Origin: Bispira polyomma | Lineage: Eukaryota | Assembly: GCA_965649765.1 (NCBI GenBank) | Contig: OZ287748.1 | Coordinates: 12,338,001-12,402,000 of the forward strand | DNA: 64,000 nucleotides | Direction: 5' to 3' | Part shown: positions 39,887 to 51,740 of the stretch, piece after piece | Position numbering within the stretch: position 1 is the stretch's first letter | How the letters are laid out: the number at the start of each line of letters is the position of its first letter | Notes under the pieces: generated by a model | Databases searched by the model: none | Told to the model about the DNA's origin: nothing | Seen by the model: the letters and a program-made list of their open reading frames with translations, nothing else | Translations under genes and position numbers: made by a program

Positions 39887-41026
39887 ATGCAAGATCAGCC
39901 TGATTGTACCCCCAAGAAAACTGCATTTTGCTGTAGCTGCAGTACCACACATTTGAAGGCAGTAGGAGGCGACTGCCCGTTTGCTGTGTCCTCAGGCTCC
40001 ATGGCAGATCACCCTGATGCTGACCTGCAGATGTCCCAACCTCAGATGTCTCTCACTCCAGGCCAGATGTCTCCAGCAACACGAGATGGTCACTCTGTGC
40101 ATTCAGAGGAAGGTAACCCAGTCGATGATAAGCTCGATGCTATTCTTAGGCATTTAACGAGACTTGACGATAAGATTGAGCAAGTTAAGACAGATACCCA
40201 AAAAGATTTGAATCTGAACAAACGTCGTGATTTGGCTGTTACATCCCCTCCACGCACAGGGTACGTTCCCGACCCTGCTCCTCGTTTACCAGGCTACACA
40301 GCTGCAGAGGCTGAAAGTACTGACAGATTAGTTGTTCCCTCAGCAGCATTCTTGCGTGATAATATTGGCTTGCAGAAGCAAGTGGATCGTCAGTTACAAG
40401 TGTTAGACAAAAATGACAAACAAGAAGCTCAAGGTAAAAAAATTAAATCTGGGTTATTCAGAAATGGTGATAATAATGTTAAAAACGAAATCAGTTGGCC
40501 GCATGAACATTGTTTCGGATCGGATCGTTCTAGCATTGCTTATGATAACCTTACTGCTCTGCAGTTCTGTCAGGGTTTTATTGGATGTGTTTTGGCGGAA
40601 TCAAATTCACAAGTTAGGAAAAATATGTTAAAACATTGCCAGTATTTGTTTCAGGACGCCCAAGAAACCAATTGGTTCACCACTAAAACGGCACATAAAA
40701 TTGTCCTTTTGAAAATCGAAAGAGGTAAGCTCTCCTGGACGGATTTTCAGGCAGTTAGCTCATTGAGAGCTAGGTATACTCAGAGGGCCATACAGCCAGT
40801 TCACAATTTCAAAAAATCTAACTCGAAGCCGGCTGTGCTTTGTCGATTTTTCAACAGAGGGCATTGTACACATGACAATGATCATATAGAGGACAATACT
40901 ACACAGCGCCATGCTCGTGCATATTGCTTCAAAACAGTCAAGCGGTTTATAACTTTGCATGCGGAACCCAACTGCTTTCGTAAACAAGGCCACTCAGCTA
41001 AAACATCAAAAAACGAAGGAACCTAG
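39887..41026 (+). CDS. Gag-like ORF1 of the YR retrotransposon
   Basis: First ATG at 39887; N-terminal C-x2-C-x3-H, coiled-coil DKLDAILRHLTRLDDKIEQV, WPHEH, C-terminal Cys/His knuckles CRFFNRGHC..H. Confidence 0.85.
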   Translation: MQDQPDCTPKKTAFCCSCSTTHLKAVGGDCPFAVSSGSMADHPDADLQMSQPQMSLTPGQMSPATRDGHSVHSEEGNPVDDKLDAILRHLTRLDDKIEQVKTDTQKDLNLNKRRDLAVTSPPRTGYVPDPAPRLPGYTAAEAESTDRLVVPSAAFLRDNIGLQKQVDRQLQVLDKNDKQEAQGKKIKSGLFRNGDNNVKNEISWPHEHCFGSDRSSIAYDNLTALQFCQGFIGCVLAESNSQVRKNMLKHCQYLFQDAQETNWFTTKTAHKIVLLKIERGKLSWTDFQAVSSLRARYTQRAIQPVHNFKKSNSKPAVLCRFFNRGHCTHDNDHIEDNTTQRHARAYCFKTVKRFITLHAEPNCFRKQGHSAKTSKNEGT

Positions 41027-41043
41027 GTACTTGTGCCAGTGTT

Positions 41044-42945
41044 ATGCAAGGGGACGTTGTATATTCAAAATTTTACTATAATTCTGATGTAAATCATTAT
41101 GGTAGATCAAAAATTATGTATAATGATTTTAAAAACAATAGTGCTCACACTGGCAAGGTATCTGAGGCGATTTGTCCAAGAGTGTTTAAGAATAGTGGTA
41201 AAAGTTATAATAGTTTTAAAATTGATAAAGTACAAACAGTACAAAACCCTAGTGCACAATACCATTCCATGATTACAGATGTTAATCTTAGTGCAGAGAC
41301 AAAGTATAATGTAAATAGTGACTATGGTGCTTGTAGCCTGCTTGACGTCAGTTTCCCCCCCCCCCCTGATATAATTGACATTAATTCTAATGCATGTGTA
41401 AACCAGAATTATAATTGTGAGAGTGATAAAGCTAATGAAATACATATGATCCAAAACACTGGTAGGGGAATACAGGAGGGATTCCCTGACGTCATGCAGG
41501 GGGGCACTCACATGGTGGGAAATTCCATTATTGATAATACATGTATGGAAGAACACGTGCTTGATGATGTGGTTAGTGATCAAGGTGCAGAGGCACTTAA
41601 CACATTGCAAGGCTTTGGCTTTGTTAGACACACAATTCTCTTATATGTACTCGAGGATAAATCCTCCACACTCGAGGTGTTGTCACTTGAACAGTGGGTT
41701 ACTGAGGCCTATAACATTGTTGCTAATACTGGTGTTCCAAATTATAAAGGCGCTCGGTTGCAAGTCAATGCTGAACTCAACCTTAAATTATGGTTTGATC
41801 TGTTAAAAAATTACCATGATCCTATATTGTTTGAGTACCTTCGTTTTGGTTTTCCTTTGTGTATTGATTATAACACATTCCAGTACACCACTGTTTGTGA
41901 CAACCACCCTAGTGCAATTCAATTTCCTCAGGACGTGGAAGTCTATTTTAAAAAGGAATTACAGCATAATTCCATAGCAGGCCCCTTTGAAATACCTCCT
42001 ATAGCTCCCTTACATGTGTCTCCTTTGTTGTCACACCCTAAAACAGGAGATACTCGACGTATTATAGTGAATCTTTCTCACCCTTTTGGTGATTCAGTTA
42101 ACAGTAATGTCTTAACAGACGAGTATGATGGCTATAAGTTCACTCTTACATATCCTTCAGTAGACAACATTGTGGATGAGATTGCAAAATTAGGTTCTTC
42201 TGCGCTTTTATATAAGCTGGACGTAAGTCAGGCTTTTAGAAATTTGCGCATCGATCCCAGGGACTATAGTGTTATGGGGCTGCATTGGGCAGGAAAGTAT
42301 TTTATTGACGTCAGTGTTGCGTTCGGTTATCGGCACGGTAGTGCCCAAATGCAACGCATTGGCGACTTCCTACGTCACATCATGGCCTCAAACGGCTACA
42401 CTATGTTTCCGTACATCGATGACGTCATAGGCGTCCAAAATCAACAACAAGCAAATTCTGCGTTTCATATGCTTAAGGCATTAATTGAAAATTTGGGTTT
42501 ACCCCTTAATCTCAAGAAAATGGCTACTCCTCAGCACGAAGTGACGTGTATGGGGATACTAATTAATACAAAAACTGGAACATTGCGTATACCAGATGAC
42601 AAACTTCTCGAAATTGTAACTATCTGCAGAGAATGGCAGAATAAACATTTTACACATAAGTTGTTAAGAGTGCGTTGTGACAATGAAGCAGTGGTACATG
42701 TGTTAAATAATGGTCGTACTAGAGATCCTCATTTGCTTTTATATGCTCGTTCTATATGGTGCTTGGCTGCAAGCCATGATATTTGGTTACAGTATTCACA
42801 TATAGCTGGGGTCCAAAATGACAAGGCAGATTGCCTTAGTAGGTGGTTTTCCACCAATGTCAACAAAGATGTTGTGAATGAATTGATAAAATGCCAATGG
42901 TATCAAGTCCTTGCAGACTTTTACATTCCAAATTATGATATTTAA
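41044..42945 (+). CDS. RT/RNase H ORF of the YR retrotransposon (internally deleted)
   Basis: FGFPL, RRIIVNLS, KLDVSQAFR, FGYRHG, PYIDD; joins directly to the RNase H C-terminal part RCDNEAVV...HIAGVQNDKADCLSR. Confidence 0.9.
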   Translation: MQGDVVYSKFYYNSDVNHYGRSKIMYNDFKNNSAHTGKVSEAICPRVFKNSGKSYNSFKIDKVQTVQNPSAQYHSMITDVNLSAETKYNVNSDYGACSLLDVSFPPPPDIIDINSNACVNQNYNCESDKANEIHMIQNTGRGIQEGFPDVMQGGTHMVGNSIIDNTCMEEHVLDDVVSDQGAEALNTLQGFGFVRHTILLYVLEDKSSTLEVLSLEQWVTEAYNIVANTGVPNYKGARLQVNAELNLKLWFDLLKNYHDPILFEYLRFGFPLCIDYNTFQYTTVCDNHPSAIQFPQDVEVYFKKELQHNSIAGPFEIPPIAPLHVSPLLSHPKTGDTRRIIVNLSHPFGDSVNSNVLTDEYDGYKFTLTYPSVDNIVDEIAKLGSSALLYKLDVSQAFRNLRIDPRDYSVMGLHWAGKYFIDVSVAFGYRHGSAQMQRIGDFLRHIMASNGYTMFPYIDDVIGVQNQQQANSAFHMLKALIENLGLPLNLKKMATPQHEVTCMGILINTKTGTLRIPDDKLLEIVTICREWQNKHFTHKLLRVRCDNEAVVHVLNNGRTRDPHLLLYARSIWCLAASHDIWLQYSHIAGVQNDKADCLSRWFSTNVNKDVVNELIKCQWYQVLADFYIPNYDI

Positions 42946-42951
42946 TTGTAG

Positions 42952-43913
42952 GCATTCCCTTGGCCTCCAATCTACTATCTCTGGCTTGCAACCGAATTCC
43001 TAGTGCACTGAGGCAGAAAACTACTCAAGCATACAAGCAACAATTTAGACTGTTCTTGGCTCTGGCCATTTATTTACAAATACCCGATTGTACTCAGTTG
43101 TCATACATCTTGATATTTTTGGAATATCTTCATCAATGTGGCTTTAAACAGCCTACTATTGCAAATTATCTCTCTGTGCTTAGGCACTATTTTGGGTTTT
43201 ATAGTCTTCAAGCTGCAGCTCTAGAACATAAAAAAGTCACAATGATTTTGAGGGCCATGGCCATTAATGCTCCCTATTCACCAAAATTTAAAGGTGTTAT
43301 ATCTATTCCAATATTGCAAAATATTGTAAAGAGGTGTGACAAGCTGTCTCATGGGTATGTGTTTAAAGCATTGTTTTTAGTGGCATTTTTTGGTTATGCT
43401 AGACTGTCAACCTTGGTTCCTAGTTCTAGAAAAGACATTTCGGATAGGAGTCTATTAAGGAAAGATTTTATTGATACCTCTTTGGGAATGCATATTGTAT
43501 TTCCACGTACTAAAACGCACCAGGCGTATTACCAAAGTCACCCTATTTCTATTCCTTCTTCCTCTTTATGTCCAGTTCAGGCTGTAAAAAACATGTTTCG
43601 GTTAATACCGTCTTCTCCGAGTTCATTGGCTTTTGTCATTCCAAACAAAAAATCTTTTACTCCTTTATTAGCTTCCAAGGTTAGACAGACCCTGGCTAGA
43701 ATCATAACCTTGTTGGGGTATGAACCTGCACATTTTACATTCCATGCATTTAGAAGGAGTGGTGCTACATTTTCATTTAATAATAATGTGGCATTTGAAG
43801 ATATACGTGTACATGGTAGTTACAAGAGTGATGCAATCTGTACTTATCTTCAAAATTCATCTGCTGCTCCAAAAGTGGCCATTTCTTTCCAAAAACTTTT
43901 AATCAGTACTTAA
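42952..43913 (+). CDS. Tyrosine recombinase (ORF3), no in-frame N-terminal ATG
   Basis: Catalytic R (YARLS), K (RTKT), HxxR (HAFRRSGA), H (VHGSY), Y (CTYL). Confidence 0.9.
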
Positions 43914-45425
43914 TTACTACCCCTACAAATTTTTGGGCTTGGGTCAGCCCCCTTTTATTCTCTACTGCAATTTTGATCTGGCCTCTATTCATAATTAGAT
44001 GGCTTTATATGTTAGTGTTTCCAACTTCTTGTTGTATATTAGAACCAACATTTGTTGTTAGTATTTAACAATTTATGTTATGTTTAAATATGTTTAAAGT
44101 AGAAAATAAATTGCCCAAACTATAATTCACATTGTTATTAATCTTGTATGTAATTGGATTGCATCTTTCCTTCTCCAACTTCCATCTTTGAGAGCCCTCC
44201 ATGGGCGCACATGATAGTTTGCCTTTGGTCTATCTTTCCTATGGATTGGATTTCCATAGTTACTTGGTCATAATACTCACACTTTTAGTATTGCTAGCAA
44301 TCGAACTATAGACTGAGTAGCATCTACTAAGGTTGTATATACAGTTTAAGTTTTAAAGTAAGTGCATGAGGTCACCATAGCATAAGGTTGTGAATTTGAT
44401 TAAAGTTTGAAGTTAAGTATGAAGTGAGATAAACGATTACATTATGTACTATATAACGTGTTTCATGTGAAAAAAGATTGGAGCTCATTTGAAGAATATT
44501 GAAGAGTGCACAATGATTTTATATGAGCTAGACTACGAGACAGAAAATCATTGTGCGCTCAATAAGATAGGGTTGAGCAAGCCTTGAAGAGAGCCTCGTG
44601 CAAGCAAAAGATCGCGTGAAGCTGACATTACAATGATCCTCCTTAATCACCTAATTACACGGACACAGGGGATATGATTAGACTGCATCATTGTTCATGA
44701 TATATATTACACCCAATCTATGAAATTGTCCAATTCGTGAAATTTTGAGCTGCCCATTTCACAAAATGAGTAAAAAAATTATTTCCCATTTTTTTGGTTT
44801 ATACATTGTTCACACAGACATTAAGCAAATACATATACAATGACAAAAGAAAGTACTAAATTAACATGGAAATCATACATTTATATCCAACAATACATAC
44901 GGCTGAATTTAATCGAGGTACTTTTCATTTTATTTGGAAAAAGAAATCTTTCTGACTTTTCAACTTTTATTTCTGGCCAAAACATCCTCAGAAAGAGGAG
45001 AGGCAAACAATGAGGGTCATGTGATGCCACCGGACCTGCCAATTAATAATGTGAACAATTGTGTTGATATATGCTTACTTGTGCACTAAAATTTAAATGG
45101 TCAAATATAGGAATAGTGTTTTGTTGGTCAAGTGTCAAATATACTTGAGTACTCATTAAATATGAGTATATTATATTCATACTTATTATGCTGTGTTTTG
45201 AATTTTTCTACTTTATTACTGTGACTAAACAATTAAATTTAGTTTTATCATCATAGACAATTAAGTATCTTTGCATTTGACTGATAAGTAAATAAGCTCT
45301 TACTTTGGACCACCTGAAGTGACACTTTTAGTGTTGTTGTATAAGTACATTAAGGCAACTATTATTTCAAGTGTAGTTCATTATTTGTTGTTAATTTTTG
45401 GTGAAGACTTTGTAAAACAACAGAG

Positions 45426-48400
45426 ATGTGTGACCATCTCATTTCTGTGTTGCGGAGTGTCACAGTTGAGCCAGTGACAGTGTTGTTCTATTTGGCGACC
45501 AGTTTCCAAATGCCCACAGATGACGCACTCTGGTACAGGAAGGTCTGCCTTCAGCTTTATAATGATAAAGAACTGTGTGCAAACATCAATGCCAATGCAA
45601 GCTATGCTGAGATGGAAAAAGAAGTGCAAAGTGTGAATTCTCAATGGAATTTCTTCAGACATGCTTCATTTGCAGTGACAGCCATGGTGACATCATTTCT
45701 CTATGGCTCCTGGAGTGATCGTATCAGCAGGAAGTTGCCTATACTCTTACCACTGTTTGGACTGGTGCTTGGTTGCTCTATCAATATAACATCTGCTATC
45801 TTTATCACATCGTCACTGTATTTTCTCTTGATGTCCAGTGCCCTGCATGGTATTTTAGGGGGAATGTTGACCATGTTAATGTCTACCATGAGCTATATCA
45901 GTGACGTCAGCACACCAGAGTCAAGGACACTGCGCCTCTCCATACTCTATGCCAGTGCTAACACAGGTTCTTTTATAGCATACACATTGTCTGGTGTGAT
46001 ATTTGATCTGACTGGATTTGTTGGTATGTATTCTATATGTCTTGGTTTAAGTGGCATGAGTATAGTGTATGCTGTTTGTTTTATCAAAGATATTAAGCCT
46101 CAAGGTTCAGAAAATCACAGACTGCAAAATGAGGACTCATTAGAGGAAAAAGAAACTGTCAAGCCCACTGATGGAGAGACAAAATCAAATTGTTGCAAAA
46201 GATACTGCGATGTCAAACATGCGAAAGAAGCCTTCTTGGTGACATTTCAGCATCGCGACAATAACCACAGAGTGCACATTGTGACAGTTCTGGTGGTTCT
46301 GATATTTTATTCAATAGGTTCTTGTAAGTACTATATATATTAATATCTTATTGATCCCACATGTTATAATTCCAATTAAATTTATTATTTCAAAAAGATG
46401 TTGCAAAGTACCTTCAAAGACTTTTCAGATTTTGATTGACCCATCCAGAGTTGTCTTGTGTGTTAGATGTGTTGTCACAGATGTTTTTGGCACATAACGG
46501 TGTTAGAGAAGTAGGAGTTCTGACTCCTTTACTTTTCAATATTTATATAAATCAGGTAAGTATTTTATAACGATGATATTGTATTGAGTAGTCCTTCAAC
46601 AAAAACACTATTCTACATATAGGGGTAACCAGCCTGATGTTTTATTTAATGAATCTTAGACTATGCACATGGCAGTCTGTCACAATTATGACGAAAAAGG
46701 TTCTCTTTATAAAGTCTGAAAGTGAAATTTTAACACTGGGTCCAATGCCTGTGATAATTCTTAATGGGTATTTACCTATAAAACCTGAAGTTTCTTGTTC
46801 ATATGTTGTAGGTACAACTGTGCAGTACCTGTATTTAAAACATCCACCCTTGGGGTTTAGTCAAACTATGTATGGTTTCTTTGAAGGATGGTCCATGTTC
46901 ATGAGACTGACAGTGAATGTTTTCTTTGTACCCATGTTAAAGAAATGTCACTTACCTGACATTCCACTACTCATTTTAGCACTGATTTCACATGTTATGT
47001 CAGTGGTGCTGATGGCATTCAGTAAATATACATGGATGGTGTTCTTGGGTGAGTCTATTCTTCCTTAGGATAAGATTTATCTTCACATTTTTGTACATTT
47101 TAGGAACAAACAAACGATCCACATAGCACAAATATTGAATAACATATTTGGCTAGATCACTCTTGACTAACATCAAGTTATACAATTTTACTGAAGCCAT
47201 ATTACATAAACTAAGGAAATCCAAAGATATATTTTATCTGCTCTTATTATTTTCTCCAGAAGTTTGTTAAAAACATCAATACGGTCATGTGTTTACTGTT
47301 GTAGTGTTACCTGCTTTTAGTTTGATATATATAGTTACATTGTTCTCTATATTTTTATCAGTTTATTTTGGTTTTTAGTTCCAGTTGTGGCCTATATGTC
47401 TTATGGTATATTTACTTTTTTGAGGAGTTTTATATCCAGTATGGTAAGGACAGATGAGTTAGGTAGGTGTAAAGCTAATGTAATAAAGAAGGCAGTACTT
47501 TAGATCAATCCTATACACTAGTCAACATAAGACATAGTAATCCAGATAACACATTATTAAACATTTTAATCTTTATTAGTTTTATATATTGTTCTGATTT
47601 CTTAACAACTATATGAATGATATAATTTAATGAAATGCTATAGTCACTATCTAGCCAGTACCATGACGTATCAATCATATACCACTCTTCACTTCAACCT
47701 CTTAATGGTTAGTCATGTCTTACAAGGTAAAATCTTTGCCGTGTTTGCTGTCCTGGAGAACCTTGGTAACATCCTGGCCATAGCTCTCTTCTCCTACTTC
47801 CTGTATCCTCAGACCATTGATATATTTGCTGGATTCACTTATCTATTCCAAGGCTTTATCATGCTGATACCTATTGGCATTGCAGGGTAAGTCATAAGCT
47901 TTAGTTAGTTATCATGCCGATACCTATTGACATTGCAATGTGAGTCACACAAGCTTTATTAGTTAGTTATCATGCTGATACCTATTGGCATTGCAGTGTA
48001 AGTCGTTCGCTTTAGTTAGTTATCATGCCGATACATATTGGCATTGTAGTGTAAGTAACAAGTTAATTTTAGTTATTTATCCTGCTGATACCTATTGGCA
48101 TTGCAGTGGAAGTCAAACAAGCTTTAAGTACTTCAAAATAGATATTTTACTTAAACAAACTAATGTGCAATACTACAACTTGTATATCAAAAACATATTA
48201 TACAGGTAAACATATATATGTAAGTAGCTCATAAATATGTGGTATCCATATAGTATTAATTTCAGCACCAGTTTTTAAATAAGTATTGGTACATGCAAAT
48301 AGTAGTACTATCACTTTGGCATATTAAATATTACAAATAATTGTCTAATTATGTTACAAGTGTGTGTGACTCAACATACTGTCTCTTTTAGATAAATGTT

Positions 48401-48726
48401 TATAGCTTTATAGCTAGACAATCATAACTTTATATAGTATGTGTCATGTAAAAACATTACATTTTGTGTGGATCTAGGTGGCTGTTCATTGACTTGAGAC
48501 ACAGAACCCCATATGCAGAACTTAACGAAGGTCAGAAACATTTTACTCACATAAAACTTCTACTCACTATTTGCCTATATATATAATATTAATATTAGCT
48601 AAGCCATAATGCATTTTCATACCTACTTTTTTACTAATTATATCTTTTGTTTGTCTTTCAGGAGATGAAGTCCGGTCTGAGAATACAGCTGATATACCTG
48701 CCCCTGTTTTAACTGAAGAAACATAA
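45426..48726 (+). CDS. SLC46/PCFT-like MFS transporter, paralogue 1; exons 45426-46323, 46812-47048, 47379-47462, 47727-47886, 48478-48530, 48662-48726 (498 aa)
   Basis: TVEPV, KVC...LC, GSWSDRISRK, MSYISDVS..ESRTLR, YLYLKHPP, RSFISSMV..DELGKIFA; all introns GT-AG with matching phases (1,1,1,2,1); total 1,497 nt ending TAA; C-terminal YAEL. Confidence 0.9.
47856..48128 (+). repeat. ~53-57-bp tandem repeat (5 copies) derived from the exon-4 end and its splice donor
   Basis: Unit ttatcatgctgatacctattggcattgcag(g/t)GTAAGTcataagctttagttag. Confidence 0.9.
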
Positions 48727-48878
48727 TGCAATCAAAAACAGAGATACTATACACAATAAGTGTATAAAAGCTTACTATCTTGAAGATTGCTGCAACATTT
48801 CAGGATATGTACCTGAATACACATTCATTCCACACCAAAGTGGACAAGCTCGAGTTTACCTAATGATACATGGCTGTC

Positions 48879-49123
48879 TTTGAATTTGGATATTTAACGT
48901 CCACTCTAGTACCTTTTTAGTATTGGGACGGGTAGTTGGAAATGCTGGAGGAAACACTGCATACAGTTGGTCAAGGTTCTGCAGAGAAACCAGCGGCCCA
49001 CAGTAAAGAACTATCACCTTTCCCACATAGGCATCGATGGGATTCGAACTCATGCCGCCCAGAGGTGAGAGACCAGTGATTGTGAAGCACACTGCTTGTT
49101 AACCACTAGGCCACCGCGGCCCC
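48879..49123 (-). mobile_element. Full-length SINE family A just downstream of the paralogue 1 stop codon
   Basis: Starts GGGGCCGCGGTGGCCTAGTGG on the minus strand; TSD gatacatg(g/c)ctgtc at 48865-48878 / 49124-49137. Confidence 0.95.
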
Positions 49124-50949
49124 GATACATGCCTGTCATCTATCATATGTTCCTATATTAACTATGTCCTATCTTGTCCAAGATTGTCAATTGTTGAATA
49201 AAATGTATATGTCTATGAAGATAACCATGACCAACACTACACATCTTTTGTAGACAACATCAGGAGATTATTAAAGGACACTGTATTTAAATTACCATTA
49301 AATGTGACCTTTAAATATTGTTGTTTTTGACGATCTCGGTGAGATAGTTTATATGTCATTTCATTTAAGCAAATTCTGAACTAAATTGAACAGGAACTTG
49401 AAGAAAAATACTTTAACATGTCAGCTGTTATTGCAAATATTACCAGTCCATGTCATAAATAGTTGTCTTTGAGTCTATGTTGATGGCAGATTCATAAGAT
49501 CATTTAAACTGCTACACAATACTAGACAGCGATTCTTTATATGGTTTATATCAGAGAACATCATAATTTCAGGTGGTATTACTATTAAAGTAAACTTACT
49601 GTTTGATGACATCTTCAACAATCCACTTTATTGCTGTGTAGCTTCTATACAGATATACACTATATTATCTGTTACAAACAATTATTCACTGTCTTTGAAC
49701 TTTGCGGTTCTTTGTATAACTCCATTTCAATAAGGCAATATATATGTATATATATCTCTTGTGATTGGATTTCTGGTGACCTTCACATTTTACACCAAAG
49801 TCGAGAGTTGCTTCATCAAGATCGAGTTCTATGCAACACGAAGATCACCACACTCTTCCCTGTCAACGAAGAATTCTATTTTATGATAAATGAGTCCCAT
49901 ACCCTTACCAGAAACCCTTGTGGTATCGGCAGCAAGTGTTTTAGCCTGCTTACCATCCAAGCATACTATAACTTAGTTTTCAACAAGTGATGAACCTACT
50001 GGACCATAACTCTCTTTATAAGACCAAAAACTTTCCATCACAATCTCTTGGCATTAAAAGGAATGACTGTTAACACCTCTTGTACAGTCATGCCAAGCAA
50101 GAACGCTATCCTCCTTCAGCCACTTTATCAACACCGTAGGGTGTGTTATAAGCGTCACTTCTGAGAGTTGACGGCAACAGATGGGGTGAATCAGATGATT
50201 TTGTAACATTTTACTTTTATTTTAAAAATTGACTTCTTGTTATAATTATTGGAACTGGTGACATTAAATAAAAGGTCAAAGTATGATGAGATTAACAGTT
50301 ACATTTATAAAAATTATTCATAAAAGGCTTTTGAAAATCTGGTTACTTGTAAGAATTACAGGGAACTCCAGGTTGCAGTAAAAACATTAGTAGGGTTGGG
50401 TGTATTAATGAAGTATATGGTACATTTACAGTCAAAAGACAGTCCCTGAATGGGAGTACCAGGAACCCAAGACAATTCATAGTCACATGTATTAGTAAAG
50501 AACTTCTTCTTTGACACCTTAAATGATGTAAAACAGTATCAAATGGGCAATTTAGAGAATATAGACCATAAATATCACCATTCACCATCTATGCTACATT
50601 TATGCAAATTAAACAAATTATTAATTTAGAAAAGCCTGTTGGAATAATCAGCAGAAGTATTATGCTTCACTTTCTCAAAGGTTCCTGTTCAAATTTGGAC
50701 TATAACCTGAGTTAAGGAACAAACTAGGAATGCTACAAACAATCACATGTGGAATTCCAAACATTATTCTTTATGATAGTCTGCTAACTTATGGATTGTT
50801 GTTACTGATTACTTAGATAATCTTAGATTCATTAGATACCCAGGATTAAAAAAAAGTTGTATTGGTAACTAGGCTGCTAGTACAATGTTATTTGAAAATG
50901 TTAATAACTTAAAAGGGATGGAACAGTGGTCATCTGCTTGTATTTGTTG

Positions 50950-51727
50950 CTTGATAAGATGATCTCGTGCTCACAATTTAGTTTTCTCGTTCCCACAAGA
51001 TAAATAAGTTGTGAGCACAAGATCATGTTGATCTATCTCATTATAATGAGAAAATTAAGTTGTGAGCACAAAATTATCTTGTGATAACAAGACCTTGTCT
51101 GATGCCGTACAGTAGTGAGTTGCAGTAATCCAATCGAATTGCAACTGCATTTTCCAAAGGTAGGAATCGACGAACCCTTTTGATGGATATTGAACTAGCA
51201 GGATCAACAGAAGTTTAATACATGTCAAAAGCGACTATTAGATTTTTGGCAGGGTCAGCAGGAAAAGTGTTGTTACTAGAGGAGAGTTGCAGATAAAACA
51301 TTAAAAATCTTTTCATACTGACGTTTAGAAATTCTGTTTTATCTGGGTTTAATTTCAGTTTAGAATGATTAATTCATGATTAAATTGAAGTGTGGCAGCA
51401 AGAGAGCTAATGGAGAAGTCGGCAATTTTTTTTTTTTTTTTTTTTTGGAGGGGGGGGGGGGGGGAGTATATATTTGTGTATCATCTGCATAAAAGTTTCA
51501 TATTCTGCTGTGAGGATATTACCAAGTGGAGTTGTGTACAGTGACAAAACAAACAAGATTATTTTGTCATAAAAATATAATGTTATTATAACAAGATCAT
51601 CTTGCTCTCACAACTTAATTATCTTGTGGAAACGAGAAAATTGAATTGTGACCTTCTTAAGATCTTCTTAGTTGTTATCATAGGATAAGGGGTGTAAAAA
51701 TGTGCATGTCCTAAACGGGGCTCTGTA
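50950..51727. mobile_element. Non-autonomous DNA transposon remnant with long subterminal inverted repeats
   Basis: 50971-51026 matches the reverse complement of 51596-51651 (tcacaatt..ttttctcgtt.ccacaagataa.taagttgtgag); right end catgtcctaaacggggctctgta. Confidence 0.6.
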
Positions 51728-51740
51728 TGATTGTCTGTTA

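Larger units (their letters stand above)
39520..44300 (+). mobile_element. Ngaro/DIRS-like tyrosine-recombinase retrotransposon (gag, RT/RNase H, YR); ends approximate
   Basis: Three consecutive same-strand ORFs; no methyltransferase recognised; protein-level similarity to the 3625-7740 element. Confidence 0.9.

Noticed and set aside
42952-43913. Phage or bacterial integrase, or contamination
   Set aside because: Part of a gag-RT-YR retrotransposon embedded among spliced eukaryotic genes
49030-49123. tRNA gene (possibly Sec, given CTTCA and a long extra arm)
   Set aside because: No proper acceptor stem; it continues into a SINE body and tail, is flanked by TSDs and is multicopy
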